Positions 15,501 to 27,669 of a stretch of DNA of 64,000 nt are shown one piece after another. The DNA comes from Octopus sinensis (Eukaryota). The translations under genes and the position numbers were made by a program. The notes beneath the pieces are model-generated. The model was not told the origin of the DNA, ran no database searches, and saw only the letters and a program-made list of their open reading frames with translations. Position 1 is the first letter of the stretch. Each line of letters opens with the position of its first letter. The stretch spans positions 64,914,001 through 64,978,000 of the forward strand of contig NC_043007.1 in the NCBI RefSeq assembly GCF_006345805.1. The letters run 5' to 3'.

Positions 15501-15900
15501 TGCAGACACTCTAGCTGTATAGTCTCTCGTACTGCAGCACCGATCAAGATGAAGTAGTTACATGGTCAAGACGGAAGGCAATCGGATTCCCACCCAATTT
15601 CTATGTGGTGAAATAGTTCAGGTATAAAAAGAGCAACACACAAACTGAATCTAAAATACTTTGCGGAAGGTCAAAATGGTTGGGAAACCCTTGCTCAGGA
15701 TTTTTCACCATGGAGGAAAGCAATGCATGATGGGAAGAGAGAATTAGAATAAAATCATATCGAGCATAGTAAGCTTCAAATGTACGTGAGGGTCTTGCTG
15801 ATAATTTATCTTGGAGCACAGCTCAATTTAACGTGTAACGAGTGTAAGAGTGTAAGTAAGAAAGGCCTTAGAAGTAACCGTGGAAGACGCAGGTACAGCA
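12540..15900 (+). mobile_element. Decayed near full-length RTE-clade LINE (APE endonuclease, RT, C-terminal Zn finger)
   Basis: CWNDRTL; REAGVAF; DRLITMR; SVYTPT; LADFN; ECLTDHRLV; PESQRGFRNGR; FVDLTKAFDIV; IREFLYVDN (YADD relic); LTCNECKSVSKKGLRSN. Interrupted by a Helitron at 14524. Possible 5' UTR from about 11950. Confidence 0.88.
14524..14898 (+). mobile_element. Non-autonomous Helitron
   Basis: 5' TC(tctctctatataaac), 3' GC-rich hairpin plus CTAG, inserted between A14523 and T14899, no TSD. Confidence 0.88.
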
Positions 15901-16034
15901 TAGTTGTTAACTATGCATTGTATAACAGCTCTACTTCAATGAGTTTTGAAAAGAATATGCATCGTGAGGTGAACTGAAGCATCATAAAAATGTTCATTAA
16001 AACAATACTATAACACATACTGTAGGAGATACTC

Positions 16035-16482
16035 ATTGTTGCCACGCCTACACAAAAGAAAACATGTCACTCGCGGGAGTGAAAAACATGATTAAGTGAA
16101 CAATCAAACGACAGCTTAATTTGAGTTGCAGCCATCACGTATGTAATGTATATATTTATATGTATCTACATGCGCGCGACCGTGTGGGTGTGTATTCCCT
16201 GTGTCTATATATGTGCATATGTTCATATATATACATATAATATATAATATAATATAATATAATATAATATAATATAATATAATATATATATATGCGCACA
16301 TATATAGGGAGACACAGGGAATACACATCCACACGGACGCGCGCATGTAGACACATATTAGATATATACATTACATACGTGATGGCTGCAACTCAAATGA
16401 AGCTGACGTTTGATTGTTCTCTTAGTCATGTATTTCACTCCTATGAGTGACTAGTTTTCTTTTGTGTAGACGTGGCAACAAT
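16035..16482. mobile_element. Fold-back/MITE-like element with about 185-bp TIRs around an (AATAT)n core
   Basis: attgttgccacg...ccctgtgtct mirrored by agacacaggg...cgtggcaacaat, about 90% identity by eye. Confidence 0.8.
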
Positions 16483-16854
16483 ATATATATATCAAAAATT
16501 AAAAGTATTTAAAAAAACCAAAACATATCAAGTAGATTATGAGTGGAAGATAACGGCTTATTCACAGTAAACGGCCCCGAGGTTTTATCACGTCATCAAC
16601 ACGCATCCGGAACTTGATACATGTATTCCCCACTGTTTCACTGGAAGACCTTCGAACACTCCCTTTTCTTGGCCAGCAGTTCGAACTTGGTTTTGTAGGC
16701 AAATCATATGTGGCAAGGAGTCGAATACTGCTGCCATAAAAATGGCCTGCAAGCGGCAACCTTCTCCAGCCAGAGTTTGATCACAGTCGCCAGCAGCTTC
16801 ACATGACGTCACCTTCACTGAGGGCACACCCAAAGACCATCACACACATATATA

Positions 16855-19800
16855 TCTATATCTATAAACGAGAGTTTGTATGTGCGTGTTTGCCTGCGCG
16901 AGCACGTAAGTTCCTTATGCATTCCAAAACCGAGTTACCGATTTTGATGTATAGGGTATCAAAAGATTTTTTCCATAAGTCAGCTATCGTAAACATTTTA
17001 TACGACAACGATGACGACAGGGTCACATTTCCTATATGAGCATGTACGTTAAAAGACTGCCATCATCACGACACACATCTTCCCTCACTCACTCTATCTC
17101 TCTGTCTCTCTTTATTTCTCCCTCTCGCACACATTACGTGCGCGCGGACGCACACACGCACGCACGCACGTCCATTTCATATACACGTACATACATCTTT
17201 CATTTTCTCTTCTCCTTCACTTTCTGCTCTCTCTGCCTCTTTCGTTTTCTCTTCTTTGAATATCTGTTCTCTTCAAAGCATAAAGAAATACATTTTACGG
17301 GATGAGCGAGAGAAACACAGAATGAGAAAAAGACAGAGAGACAAGAGAAAGAAACTGAGAGAGAAATGTTTCTATAGAATAAGATGAAAGACAAGGATAG
17401 AGGGTGAGAGAGAAATGTTAATGTTTCATACCCTATGTATGTTCTATAGTTGAAAGTGAAAGAAAGCCGATAGAAAGTTGATACTGTATGGGAAAGTGAA
17501 AGAAAGCCGACACAAAGAGAGGGGGGAAGGCGGGAGAGAAAGAGACGCTGAGAACCCCAGAAACGAGATCGGGTCGCACAATTTTCAGGTCATTTTTACT
17601 TTCGTCTCATGTTTCACGCTTGCGTAGAATTAGGCATTATCTCTCTCTTTCCGTTTTTCACTATAATGTACAGAGAGCTTATGCTGTCAACGTGTTACGA
17701 ATTCACTAACTTCATTTCCTTCTTTTGGAATTTAGAAAGGTGCGCAAAAATAAATTCGTTAGGCACACACACACACACACACAGTTAAAGTTCTGTATGA
17801 ATTATGTTATTTTTTGCTGTGCGCTAAAGTACAACTTTACTTTACCTATTCTATCATTCCTGTTTGTGATGAGCTTATTTCAAAACCTGATCTTCCATTT
17901 AAACTTACAAGGAAGTTATCTCAGAAATCCTGTCCTTTACTTGTTGTTTCTAGCATGTCCAGGGTGACATTTGCGTACTTCCAATTATTTCTTTCCTCAA
18001 TTTACTCATTCCAATGTTTTCCATACAGGAGCTTTGCGTTTTACCCGAAAGCGGGTAGCTGATGTATTTCTTTTAGAAAGATTAAACTTTCAAAAACAAA
18101 TTATATTTCCCACATTCGTAATCTCTGTATTTTTCCACGTGGATAAAAAGCAAAATTTGAAAACAGTTGAAAATTAGGAAATTTCGGTGGGGATGGGGGA
18201 AATTATAATTTTGAAAACGTGATTTCTGGGCAAAATGATATTAACCCTCTTTTTATTCGATGAAACAGTACATAGTTTGTGATCCTTCTTAAGAACATCA
18301 ATAACTTTCATGCAAATTGTACCCTCCCCCTTTCACTTCTGGATAAACTATAACTTCCATTACGTCAGTAATCCACTTCATTATATATCAGCTAACAGAA
18401 TACATTACGTTTATCAACACAGAACATAACCAAATCATTCAGAGTTTACCGCTTTTTCTCATTATAACAGTATACAAATTGACATGAATTTTTCCACATC
18501 TTTTTATTCATTACTAAGAAATAAAACTATACAATGTACAACTTCAAATTGCTATGTCTTCCATCTTATATGTTCCTTAATCGTTCGCCTTTTTCAGCTA
18601 TGCCACCAAAACGAAGACATTCTAATTTATCTTCACAAATAAGGGCCGCAAAGAAAACTGCCTCTATTCTGCCCAAGAAAACTCAATTCAGCGATGTTCA
18701 AATGTGCAATATTTCAAAACGATCACTGACGGCGGAGGTTCTGCTCCAAACTACACCTATTGTCTGGGGTGAATGCACGATGGCACACCATGGTGCATTA
18801 GAAGCCCTAGATAGTTTACTATGGGATATTCGAAACAATACTGCCATCATGGATGGTGGGCTTAACTTTTGTCCTTACAGGGGATTTCCATCAAATATTA
18901 CCAGTCATATTACGGAGTACCCGAGCTGACGAGATCTATGCGTGTCTGAAGTCTTTACTTCTGTGGGGGTCTGTTCGCCAGATTTCATTAAGCAAGAATA
19001 TACGAGCTCACCTCTAAAACAACCCCTTAGCTGAGGTATTCTCTCATCAACTTCTACAAATTGGAAATGGCACCATACCGTTGAACAACATCCTGCAACA
19101 GCATGTACTGCAATGTAGATACATGATGTCTACATTGGCCGAGCTTAAAGAAAAGGTATTTCCCACATTGCAAGACAACTTCAAAAACATACATGGTTCG
19201 CAGAGAGAGCTATTTTAGCGCCTCGGAATGACAGCATTCATAAAGTAAACCACGAACTCCTCCACAATCTATCTAGAGATGCTTCAACGTTTGTCTCCAT
19301 TGATACTACCATCGATGAACAGGCCACTGTTGAGTATCCAGTTGAATTTCGCAAGTCTCTACAACCCACAGGACTGCCACCACATAAGTTGTTATTAAAG
19401 AGAGGTGCACCTATCATGCTCTTTAGGAATTTGATTATGCAATGGTGCAAGATTGACTGTAACTACAATGACAAGTCATGTCATAGAAGCAACCATTATT
19501 ACCGGCTGCCATCGAGGAGAGATTGCATACATTCCATGCATGCCCCTTATTCCCTTAAACGTACCATATAAATTCAGTCGCTTCCAGTTCCCAATTTGAT
19601 TGTGCTTCGCTATGAAAATCAACAAAGCCCAGGGTCAAACTTTAAAAATTGTGGGTCTCAATTTACAAATATCCTGCTTTTCTCAAGGACAACTGTATGT
19701 CGTATACTCTCGAGTTAGCAGTGCAGATGATTTATATATTTATTCTATCAACACTGCTCTTACGCAAAACATAGTTTGCTCAGAAGTAATGTCGGCTTCA

Positions 19801-20175
19801 TTTAACATATGTTGAAGTGTGAAGTCTGCCTAACATTAGAGATGGTGATTTTCACAATGAAGCATCTTTCTTTCCATGTAACTGAATTTCTGCATTACGG
19901 ATACCTCTATGTCCTAATACGTCATCCAATTCTTAAGCCTAGGTCATTTTGGGGGCGATTTAAGGATTTCATCCTAATCTAAGCTGCCATTCTACATGTT
20001 CTGGGTATCAACAACTTCAGCATTGTTCATCACAAAATGACTGAAAAATATGTTTCTAAAGAAGAGTTGTTTGCTTTACACTCCTCGTGTGCCGATTCTG
20101 CCCAGAAGAAAGTAACAAATAATACAATGTAGCTGTAGGTCATAACGCCCGGGCTACGCTGGGATGCATTGCTTG
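16855..20175 (+). mobile_element. Internally deleted Helitron retaining a PIF1 helicase pseudogene
   Basis: 5' a|TCtatatctataaacg; IVWGECTMAHHGALEALD; RAILAPRN; TGLPPHKLLLKRGAPIMLFRNL; FQFPI*LCFAMKINKAQGQTL; CFSQGQLYVVYSRV; 3' cccgggctacgctggg hairpin then CTTG (decayed CTAG). Confidence 0.9.
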
Positions 20176-20178
20176 TGT

Positions 20179-20256
<78 letters not shown>

Positions 20257-20367
20257 GTGTGTGTGTGTGTACAGATATTATTATTAATAAAAAATAGTAA
20301 TATAAGTGGCTAGCAAGCATAAAATAACCAAGAAGACAAAATTATTACCGTAATTTTATACTCAGGG

Positions 20368-20734
20368 TACAAGATAGTACACATCATTGCTAGAAATAAG
20401 AGTCCAAACGGCTCAAGAACAACAGTCAATCATTTATACTTACTGGTGAATTCGAGGAAACGAGTATACAAAAAGCCAACTTACTAATAGCGAGTAAAAA
20501 TCGCAAATGAGTTTGCAAACGTACTCATATCACTTGATTTCTAAACCTGTGATAAACACTTAGTCCTCATCAGTGAGTATTACTGCTGAGGGATAAATGT
20601 ACTCGTGATATGAGTACGTCTGCAAACTCATTTGCGATTTTTACTCGCTATTGGTGAATTGGCTTTTTATATACTCGTTCCTTCGAATTTACCGTTGGAT
20701 TCTTATTTCTAGCAATGCTATGTACTATCTTGTA
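20368..20734. repeat. 367-bp fold-back element centred on hammerhead motifs
   Basis: tacaagatagtac...ctcatatcac mirrored by gtgatatgag...gtactatcttgta; indels in both arms. Confidence 0.9.
20522..20579 (-). ncRNA. Type I hammerhead ribozyme with consensus core
   Basis: Minus strand: UACUCA / CUGAUGA / GU-wobble stem II / extra A / GAAA / AUCA-AG-UGAU stem III / AUA triplet / UGAGUA (perfect 6-bp stem I). Confidence 0.75.
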
Positions 20735-20959
20735 GTTTGAAATATAATTAGATACTCTCAGTAAATATGATTTGATTTGATTAGCTACAAATTTAAATGT
20801 GAATCAGGAAGAGAAATATATTATTTTCTACCTATCATTGTCTATGATGTGCGGGCTATTGTTTTAAAATATAATTTTTTAAATGAAGAATTTTTGTACT
20901 TAAATCATAGAAGCTCCTGCACGTTTTACCTGGTCCAATTTCATTCCATAATCTTAAAA

Positions 20960-21850
20960 TGATTATTCAATATTTGTGCAACATATCGGGAAGGTTGCCA
21001 TAGGAGATGCTCCATGGAAGGTAACGCGGACTGAAATACTGTCTTGGGAAAAGCTGAAGTTCTACATTCATCACAGCTTCTCGAGAACCCCTTTGCTATC
21101 ATTTTCTGTGCCTACTCACCATCCAGTCATCAGCTACTTTGCACAATCACCAGGGGAACATATCAGAAGACATTCTGTATCAAACTTAAATGATCAAAAC
21201 TAAACCAACACACCTATAGTTTACCTATGCCATATACAATTAAGTACTGATCTTCATTGAAAATACATGGTACGGTTTTAAACAGTATGGGCTAGCATCT
21301 TCAATATGAGCTGCAGCTGCAACTCTTAGTCGAGGTATTCTTCAGTCAACCCGATGATGCAAGTCTGTTCACATAGCAGTTGATGTTCACGTCGCTGTCA
21401 AATATTAAACATATTTTTCACAATTTCTTTTAGCCTAGGCATGTGTTTCCTGACAATCTGCAGCTGGAAATAGGAGCATCCATTTTGTTGTTATAAAATT
21501 TGTATATACCAAAATCTATGGAACGGTATGAGATTAGTTGTTAAATCTCCTAATAGTCGTCGAAGCCACTATAATAAAGGTTCTTGCCGAGGGAGCTGTT
21601 TTCAGTTCATAAACATTTCCCTTATTTCATCAGATATGCTATTTGCACCCAAGTACTTTCAGTTTCCGGTGATACTTTGTCAAGTATTTCAGGGACAATC
21701 TCTTAAGTTTGCTGGAATTGAGCTGACAAGTCTGTGTTTCTATGATGGTCAAATGTAATGTTTGTCCTTGTTCTAGGCCGAGCAGACAACTTGTCATTAA
21801 CACACCAATTCGCAAAACCCGACTAAAAAAAAAAAACATTTGTGCTAGAC
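20960..21850 (+). mobile_element. Second, heavily deleted Helitron remnant
   Basis: SDMLFAPKYFQFPVILCQVFQGQSLKFAGIELTSLCFYDGQM matches the PIF1 C-terminal FPV..SQGQSL..G..L...CFSHGQ motif. Confidence 0.65.
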
Positions 21851-22071
21851 ATGTTTCCATTTTATGCGTAGTATTTCAATTTAGAATTACAAGAACTCAT
21901 ACGAAGTTAAAATCATTTCAGTTTAATAATCTGCTTCTACATATTCGGCTAGGGCAAAGCCAACTGCATCTGCTAGTGTCTGCGTGTGTGTACACACACA
22001 AACCCTGACAGACATATATGTATGTATGCATGTATGTAATGTATGTATGTATATGTATGTATATATGTATG

Positions 22072-22105
<34 letters not shown>

Positions 22106-22186
22106 TGTATGTATGTATGTATGTATGTATGTATGTATGTATGTATGTATGTATGTAGATAATATATGTATGTATGTATGTATATG

Positions 22187-22231
<45 letters not shown>

Positions 22232-22412
22232 GTATGTATGTATGTATGTATAAATACATATATACGCGCAGATACATATACGCATTTACGTAAAATGTAA
22301 TATGCATGCAACAAACATATATCCATACCCACACACATACAAACACTTGCACACACACACACACAGAAACACACAAACACACACGCAGACACAGACAAAC
22401 ACATACACACAG

Positions 22413-22449
<37 letters not shown>

Positions 22450-23219
22450 ACATGCATAGATATTTTCTCCTGAATATTAATTAGCAAAATAACAGTGTTT
22501 CAATATTAAGCGGAAAAGGATATCTGATTTTTCTTTTTCTGGTGGAATCGAATGAGAGTAGGTGGAATAGAGGGAGTGGGAGCGATTAACGGATATTATA
22601 GTTCTCTTGCTAAAAATAGCTCAGTTCGGAAAACTGAATTCGTCTCTTCGAAGAACGTCGGTTAGGAATAGCGGTAGCTCTATCGCCTAATATGTTGTTT
22701 ACAGTGCAACAGGAAATTTTCAATGGTTCTTCTCTATATGCGTGTTAGTGTGCATATGTATATATCATTCATACTTGTTTTGTATATGTGTGAACTATGT
22801 CTATCGTAACGAAGTACTTCCCCACACAAATAGAAAGACTCAGTCACGATCACACAGAAATACACGCACACTATATACATCATGCGGTGAATAGTGCTTA
22901 TTACAAACGCTTGCACTTACACCTGCGCATATACACGAAAACACGCACAAATGCGCGCGCGCGCAAACACACATGCGCACGCACACTCGCAAATACAAAG
23001 AAACACATGCACATGAGGAAGTACATGTTGTCACTGTTCCACAGCAATCCTATTTATTATTAGCACAGTCGCATTCTCAATGACTGAGCATTTGGATTCT
23101 ATTATCAAGAATTTTTCTCTTAATTCGTGTCAATCAGCTCTATGACATGTGGGGCTTGTCGATGTAAAACGGAAATAATTTCGGAGACAGTATGAAAACC
23201 TCAATGACAATAGTAGTCG

Positions 23220-23254
<35 letters not shown>

Positions 23255-23256
<2 letters not shown>

Positions 23257-23308
23257 CAAAATAAGCAACAAGAATGACTCCGGAGTCATTCTTGTTGATT
23301 ATTTTGAT
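23255..23308. repeat. Spacerless 54-bp palindrome
   Basis: atcaaaataagcaacaagaatgactcc|ggagtcattcttgttgattattttgat; one mismatch. Confidence 0.95.
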
Positions 23309-23420
23309 TATAATCACCCCACGGATTTTTATGGATAACACCATACATAATTCTGGTGCATCTAAATTAAGTACCATATTCATTTGAATCTAAATTTTTG
23401 CTGAACTTATATATATATAT

Positions 23421-23567
<147 letters not shown>

Positions 23568-23784
23568 GAAATGTTTACATGTTTATACACACGCACACAC
23601 ACATAAAGCAGTCACGTTTCCAAACTAATTATAATGTGGATGGACGAATGGGTACTGATTTATGAAATCACACGCAAACATATGCACACACATATTCCAC
23701 ATTCTATATATATGCATTTGGCTTTATCTTCCTTCCTGCTCCCTTTTCTTTTCTGACACTTCCAGTTCCATTGTTTTTTCTTTA

Positions 23785-23920
<136 letters not shown>

Positions 23921-23996
23921 CCTATCTATATAGCTACCTACTTGTCTATCTGTTTCTACACACACGCACACACAAACACACACATACACACATATG

Positions 23997-24083
<87 letters not shown>

Positions 24084-24279
24084 ATAATTATAATAATAAT
24101 ATTTAGGATTAAATCCAATTTTATAGTATAAATATATTATATTATATTATATTAAATTAGAGATAAACCACTATTAAGCAAATCAAACAGTGAAAAACAT
24201 AAGCCAATGCATATAATTAAATAAAAAATATAAAAGTTAAAAATTAAAAAATTGTTTAAATAATTTTAACTTATAAATT

Positions 24280-24318
<39 letters not shown>

Positions 24319-24412
24319 TTTTATATTTATATATTATTTTATTTATTTATTTATTATTTTTTTTAAATATCAAAAGTATTAAAAGTTTAGTAAAAGATAA
24401 AGAGTAAAACAC

Positions 24413-24499
24413 TACGATCGTTTCATGGCTGTACCAATTCGAATAACAATAATTTAAATTCAATTAATAATTCGAGTTATGGTTACAGTCAATCTTCAG
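24413..24499 (-). ncRNA. Hammerhead ribozyme motif with long stem II (decayed)
   Basis: Minus strand: CUGAAGA, 68-nt imperfect hairpin, GAAA, palindromic ACGAUCGU stem III, GUA; stem I weak. Confidence 0.6.
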
Positions 24500-25071
24500 A
24501 TTAATTGAAATATTTTAAAAATAATCAGAAATATTAAACAATATTTTTAAGATATAAATATAATAATTTTACTAATAATAAACTCTAATATCACTCTAGA
24601 AACTTAAAACTTAACAATTATGATTATATCAAAATCGATAATAATGTTAAATATTAATCTTAATTTTTAAGGTAAGAAACCCACCAATAATCTAATATCG
24701 GTAATAGTCTATAATCTAATTACATAAATATAAAAAAAAAAAATGGCTATTATATATAAATTATCAATGAAAATATATAAATGTATATAAATAAATATAA
24801 TTAAGATCTAAAATAATCTCTAAAAATAAATATATATGCACATATAATAAAGACCTAATAAAATAATTTTTCATATTTAAAGATGAAATAGCTAATTTCA
24901 AAAATACAAACAAACAAACTTAAACGAACTTTCGGAAATCTTATTTAAAATACTTATAGAAATAATCAATTCGTAGTTATATAGTATCGAATAAATACTA
25001 TAAATACTATAAATATATTTATGGATGGGAATAAACTAGCGAATATCAATTTAAAAAGACAAAAACTAAGT

Positions 25072-25145
25072 TATGCTATTAAGTTGGACATGGCCTGGAC
25101 CAATCTTTGGTCGAAACATATCTAAGTTTATCTAAGTTTATCTAA
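25072..25145 (+). mobile_element. Extremely 5'-truncated CR1-type LINE tail
   Basis: Near identical to 53368-53435 (gctattaagtt.gacatggcctggaccaatctttggtcgaaacatatctaagtt plus tail repeats). Confidence 0.85.
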
Positions 25146-25932
25146 TTTTAATTATAAGAAATTTAAAACTACAATTAATACTATTAATACACGTATATAC
25201 ACAAACCCAACTTTAGGCAACTCGTATACTATCAAACAACAAATATATCGCTAAGTAAAATCTTACGAATAAGCTTAAATTTAATATCTAATGATATAGA
25301 AAATTACGATAATTAGAACATTACATAAACAACGATATTTACACAAGAAAAATATTATTACACCAAAGACTTATAAAATATAAAAATTTACAATTTAAGG
25401 ATCTTAAATATAAATAAATACTTATCTTAGCGACGTTTTGTAATGAACTAAAATGTTGAATCGGAAAACGTCTTTACAGCGTTTATAAGAATACTCGTGG
25501 AATTACGTTATTAGCAAAAAAAGAATAAATTGTTGAAGAATTCATTAAGCGTGAGGAACAAATACGCTTTATCAATGAAGATTGTGAATGGGAACAGTAA
25601 TCGTTTATCAATAAGTGTAAATAGAATGAAGTCACAAATAAAGAATAAAATCACTCTATACTATAAGATTTATTAATAAAATAACTATGAAAAATAATAC
25701 TTAATACAGAATAAATAAATAATTTAAATGATTAAAAACCACTAATTATTAAATATACTCTAAAGATCTTATATGATTAATATATAAAAAAAAAATTTAA
25801 TAGTAACCCCTCAACTTACTATAAAGTCTTTCGCAATGGTCTTATAATTATAAGCTAAAATTAGTGATCATAACCAAAACTCTAAATACTTATCAAAATT
25901 TACGATATAACTATACATACGTATACATATAT

Positions 25933-25965
<33 letters not shown>

Positions 25966-26677
25966 CATACACACATACATACATATACATATATACACAT
26001 ATATACACACATATACACACATACACATATGCACACACATACATACATGTACATACATACAATACTCAATATATACACATACACACATACACCCCCACAC
26101 ACATAAATAAATGTATATACATATACATATATATACACGCAGATCAACCTATACACATATATACATACACACACAAACACATATATCAAATAAATAAATA
26201 CGTATATAAATGTCTATATTCATACTTCAAAACAAAAAAAGAGGTAACCATTAAGTTTAATCTAAATATTTAATCTTACTAATCTATACTTCTATACATA
26301 CGTACATATATGTATACACACATATATAGATCATATAACCAAAACATACTACACTTTGTAAATTAAAAAAAATGATTATTAATTCTTGGTTTAACATATT
26401 GAGTTCAATATTAGATAGTGGGCAGTGATCCTTATAGCTAAAGTCCAAATCTTTACGCTTGTGTGAGGCATTCATATTTTACAACTGACGCACAAATGAA
26501 AATGTACGCATATAAAGTTTCCAAAGTCAAACTGATTTTTTAAAAACTGAAGTTGGAACGTCGCATCAGTGCACTCACATTCTACAAGGAAAGGAAAACG
26601 CTTGCACGCAAGCAAATTTCAGAAATTACTGTACATCGCCACAGCAAAATAATTAGAGGGGCACTGCCTCTAACCAT

Positions 26678-26711
<34 letters not shown>

Positions 26712-26730
26712 CATGTTATATACATCTGTG

Positions 26731-26772
<42 letters not shown>

Positions 26773-27439
26773 TATAAACATTTATCTCTATTTTTTATGA
26801 AGGTACATTTTGTTCGGCGTAGATCCTGCTGCTCTCGATTAGTGCGGTGTTCTGCTAAAATATCTTCTGCTATAAGATGACATTTTTAGCAATAAATGTC
26901 ACATATATAAGGGTCGAATTTCCAGAACCTATTACTCTCGGTGACAGAAGCATAGACGATTTTTTAGCGTGGTACATGGCAGAATGTATGTAAGAGAAGT
27001 GTAATCGGGTACATCAAGCCAGGGTTAGGTTTACGCAACTATAGGACTGTTGCAAGAGCGATAAAAAGATGCAAAGAAAATATAATGCAATTGTTTTTGG
27101 GTATATTGACGTGAGAAGCAAGAGCTAAGGTGTGAGTAGGCTTGTGCTTTTGCTATTTCAAATGCGGTCTAGAGTGAGTGATTTCGTGTGTTTTTGTATA
27201 GTGTAACAATTACGGTTGAATAGAAATCATGGCAGATAATGGAATACGATTCGAAATTGATTCAGTGTCATATCTGTACTTACACGAAGTATAAAATACA
27301 CATTTCTAGATTTCTGCTGATGGTGTGAGTGTGCATGTGTGTGTGAGCGTGTGTGTACGTGTGTGTGTGTGTGTGTGTGCGCGCGTCTGTGTACAAATAG
27401 ACGGGGTGCTCATGTATATATGTATGACGTATTAATATA

Positions 27440-27660
27440 TATTGGTTTCAAATTTTGGCACTAGGCCAGCATTTTTCGGGGAATGGATAAGTCAATTAAA
27501 TCGACCCCAGTGCTCAACTGGTACTTATTTTATCGATCCCGATAGGATGAAAGTTAAAAATCGATCTCGACGGAATTTGAACTCAGAACATAAAGACGGA
27601 CGAAATGGCCCTAATCATTTTGTCCGATGAGCTAACGATTCTGCCAGCTCGCTGCCTTAT
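27440..27660 (-). mobile_element. Full-length short SINE
   Basis: Head aaggcagcgagctggcagaatcgttagc; tail gccaaaatttgaaaccaata; same family at 4.1, 4.35, 29.0, 29.25, 33.85, 41.7 and 47.55 kb. Confidence 0.8.
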
Positions 27661-27669
27661 GTTAATATA

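Larger units (their letters stand above)
24100..26450. other. Very AT-rich block, probably a PLE relic
   Basis: About 17% GC in a manual count of 24601-24960; carries a hammerhead motif and an end shared with 8495-8565; no translatable domain found. Confidence 0.45.

Noticed and set aside
16545-16830. ORFs at 16562-16833 as a host exon
   Set aside because: No splice context; weak RRL.LAGH.Y resemblance to a LINE C-terminus suggests a decayed retroelement, too weak to call.
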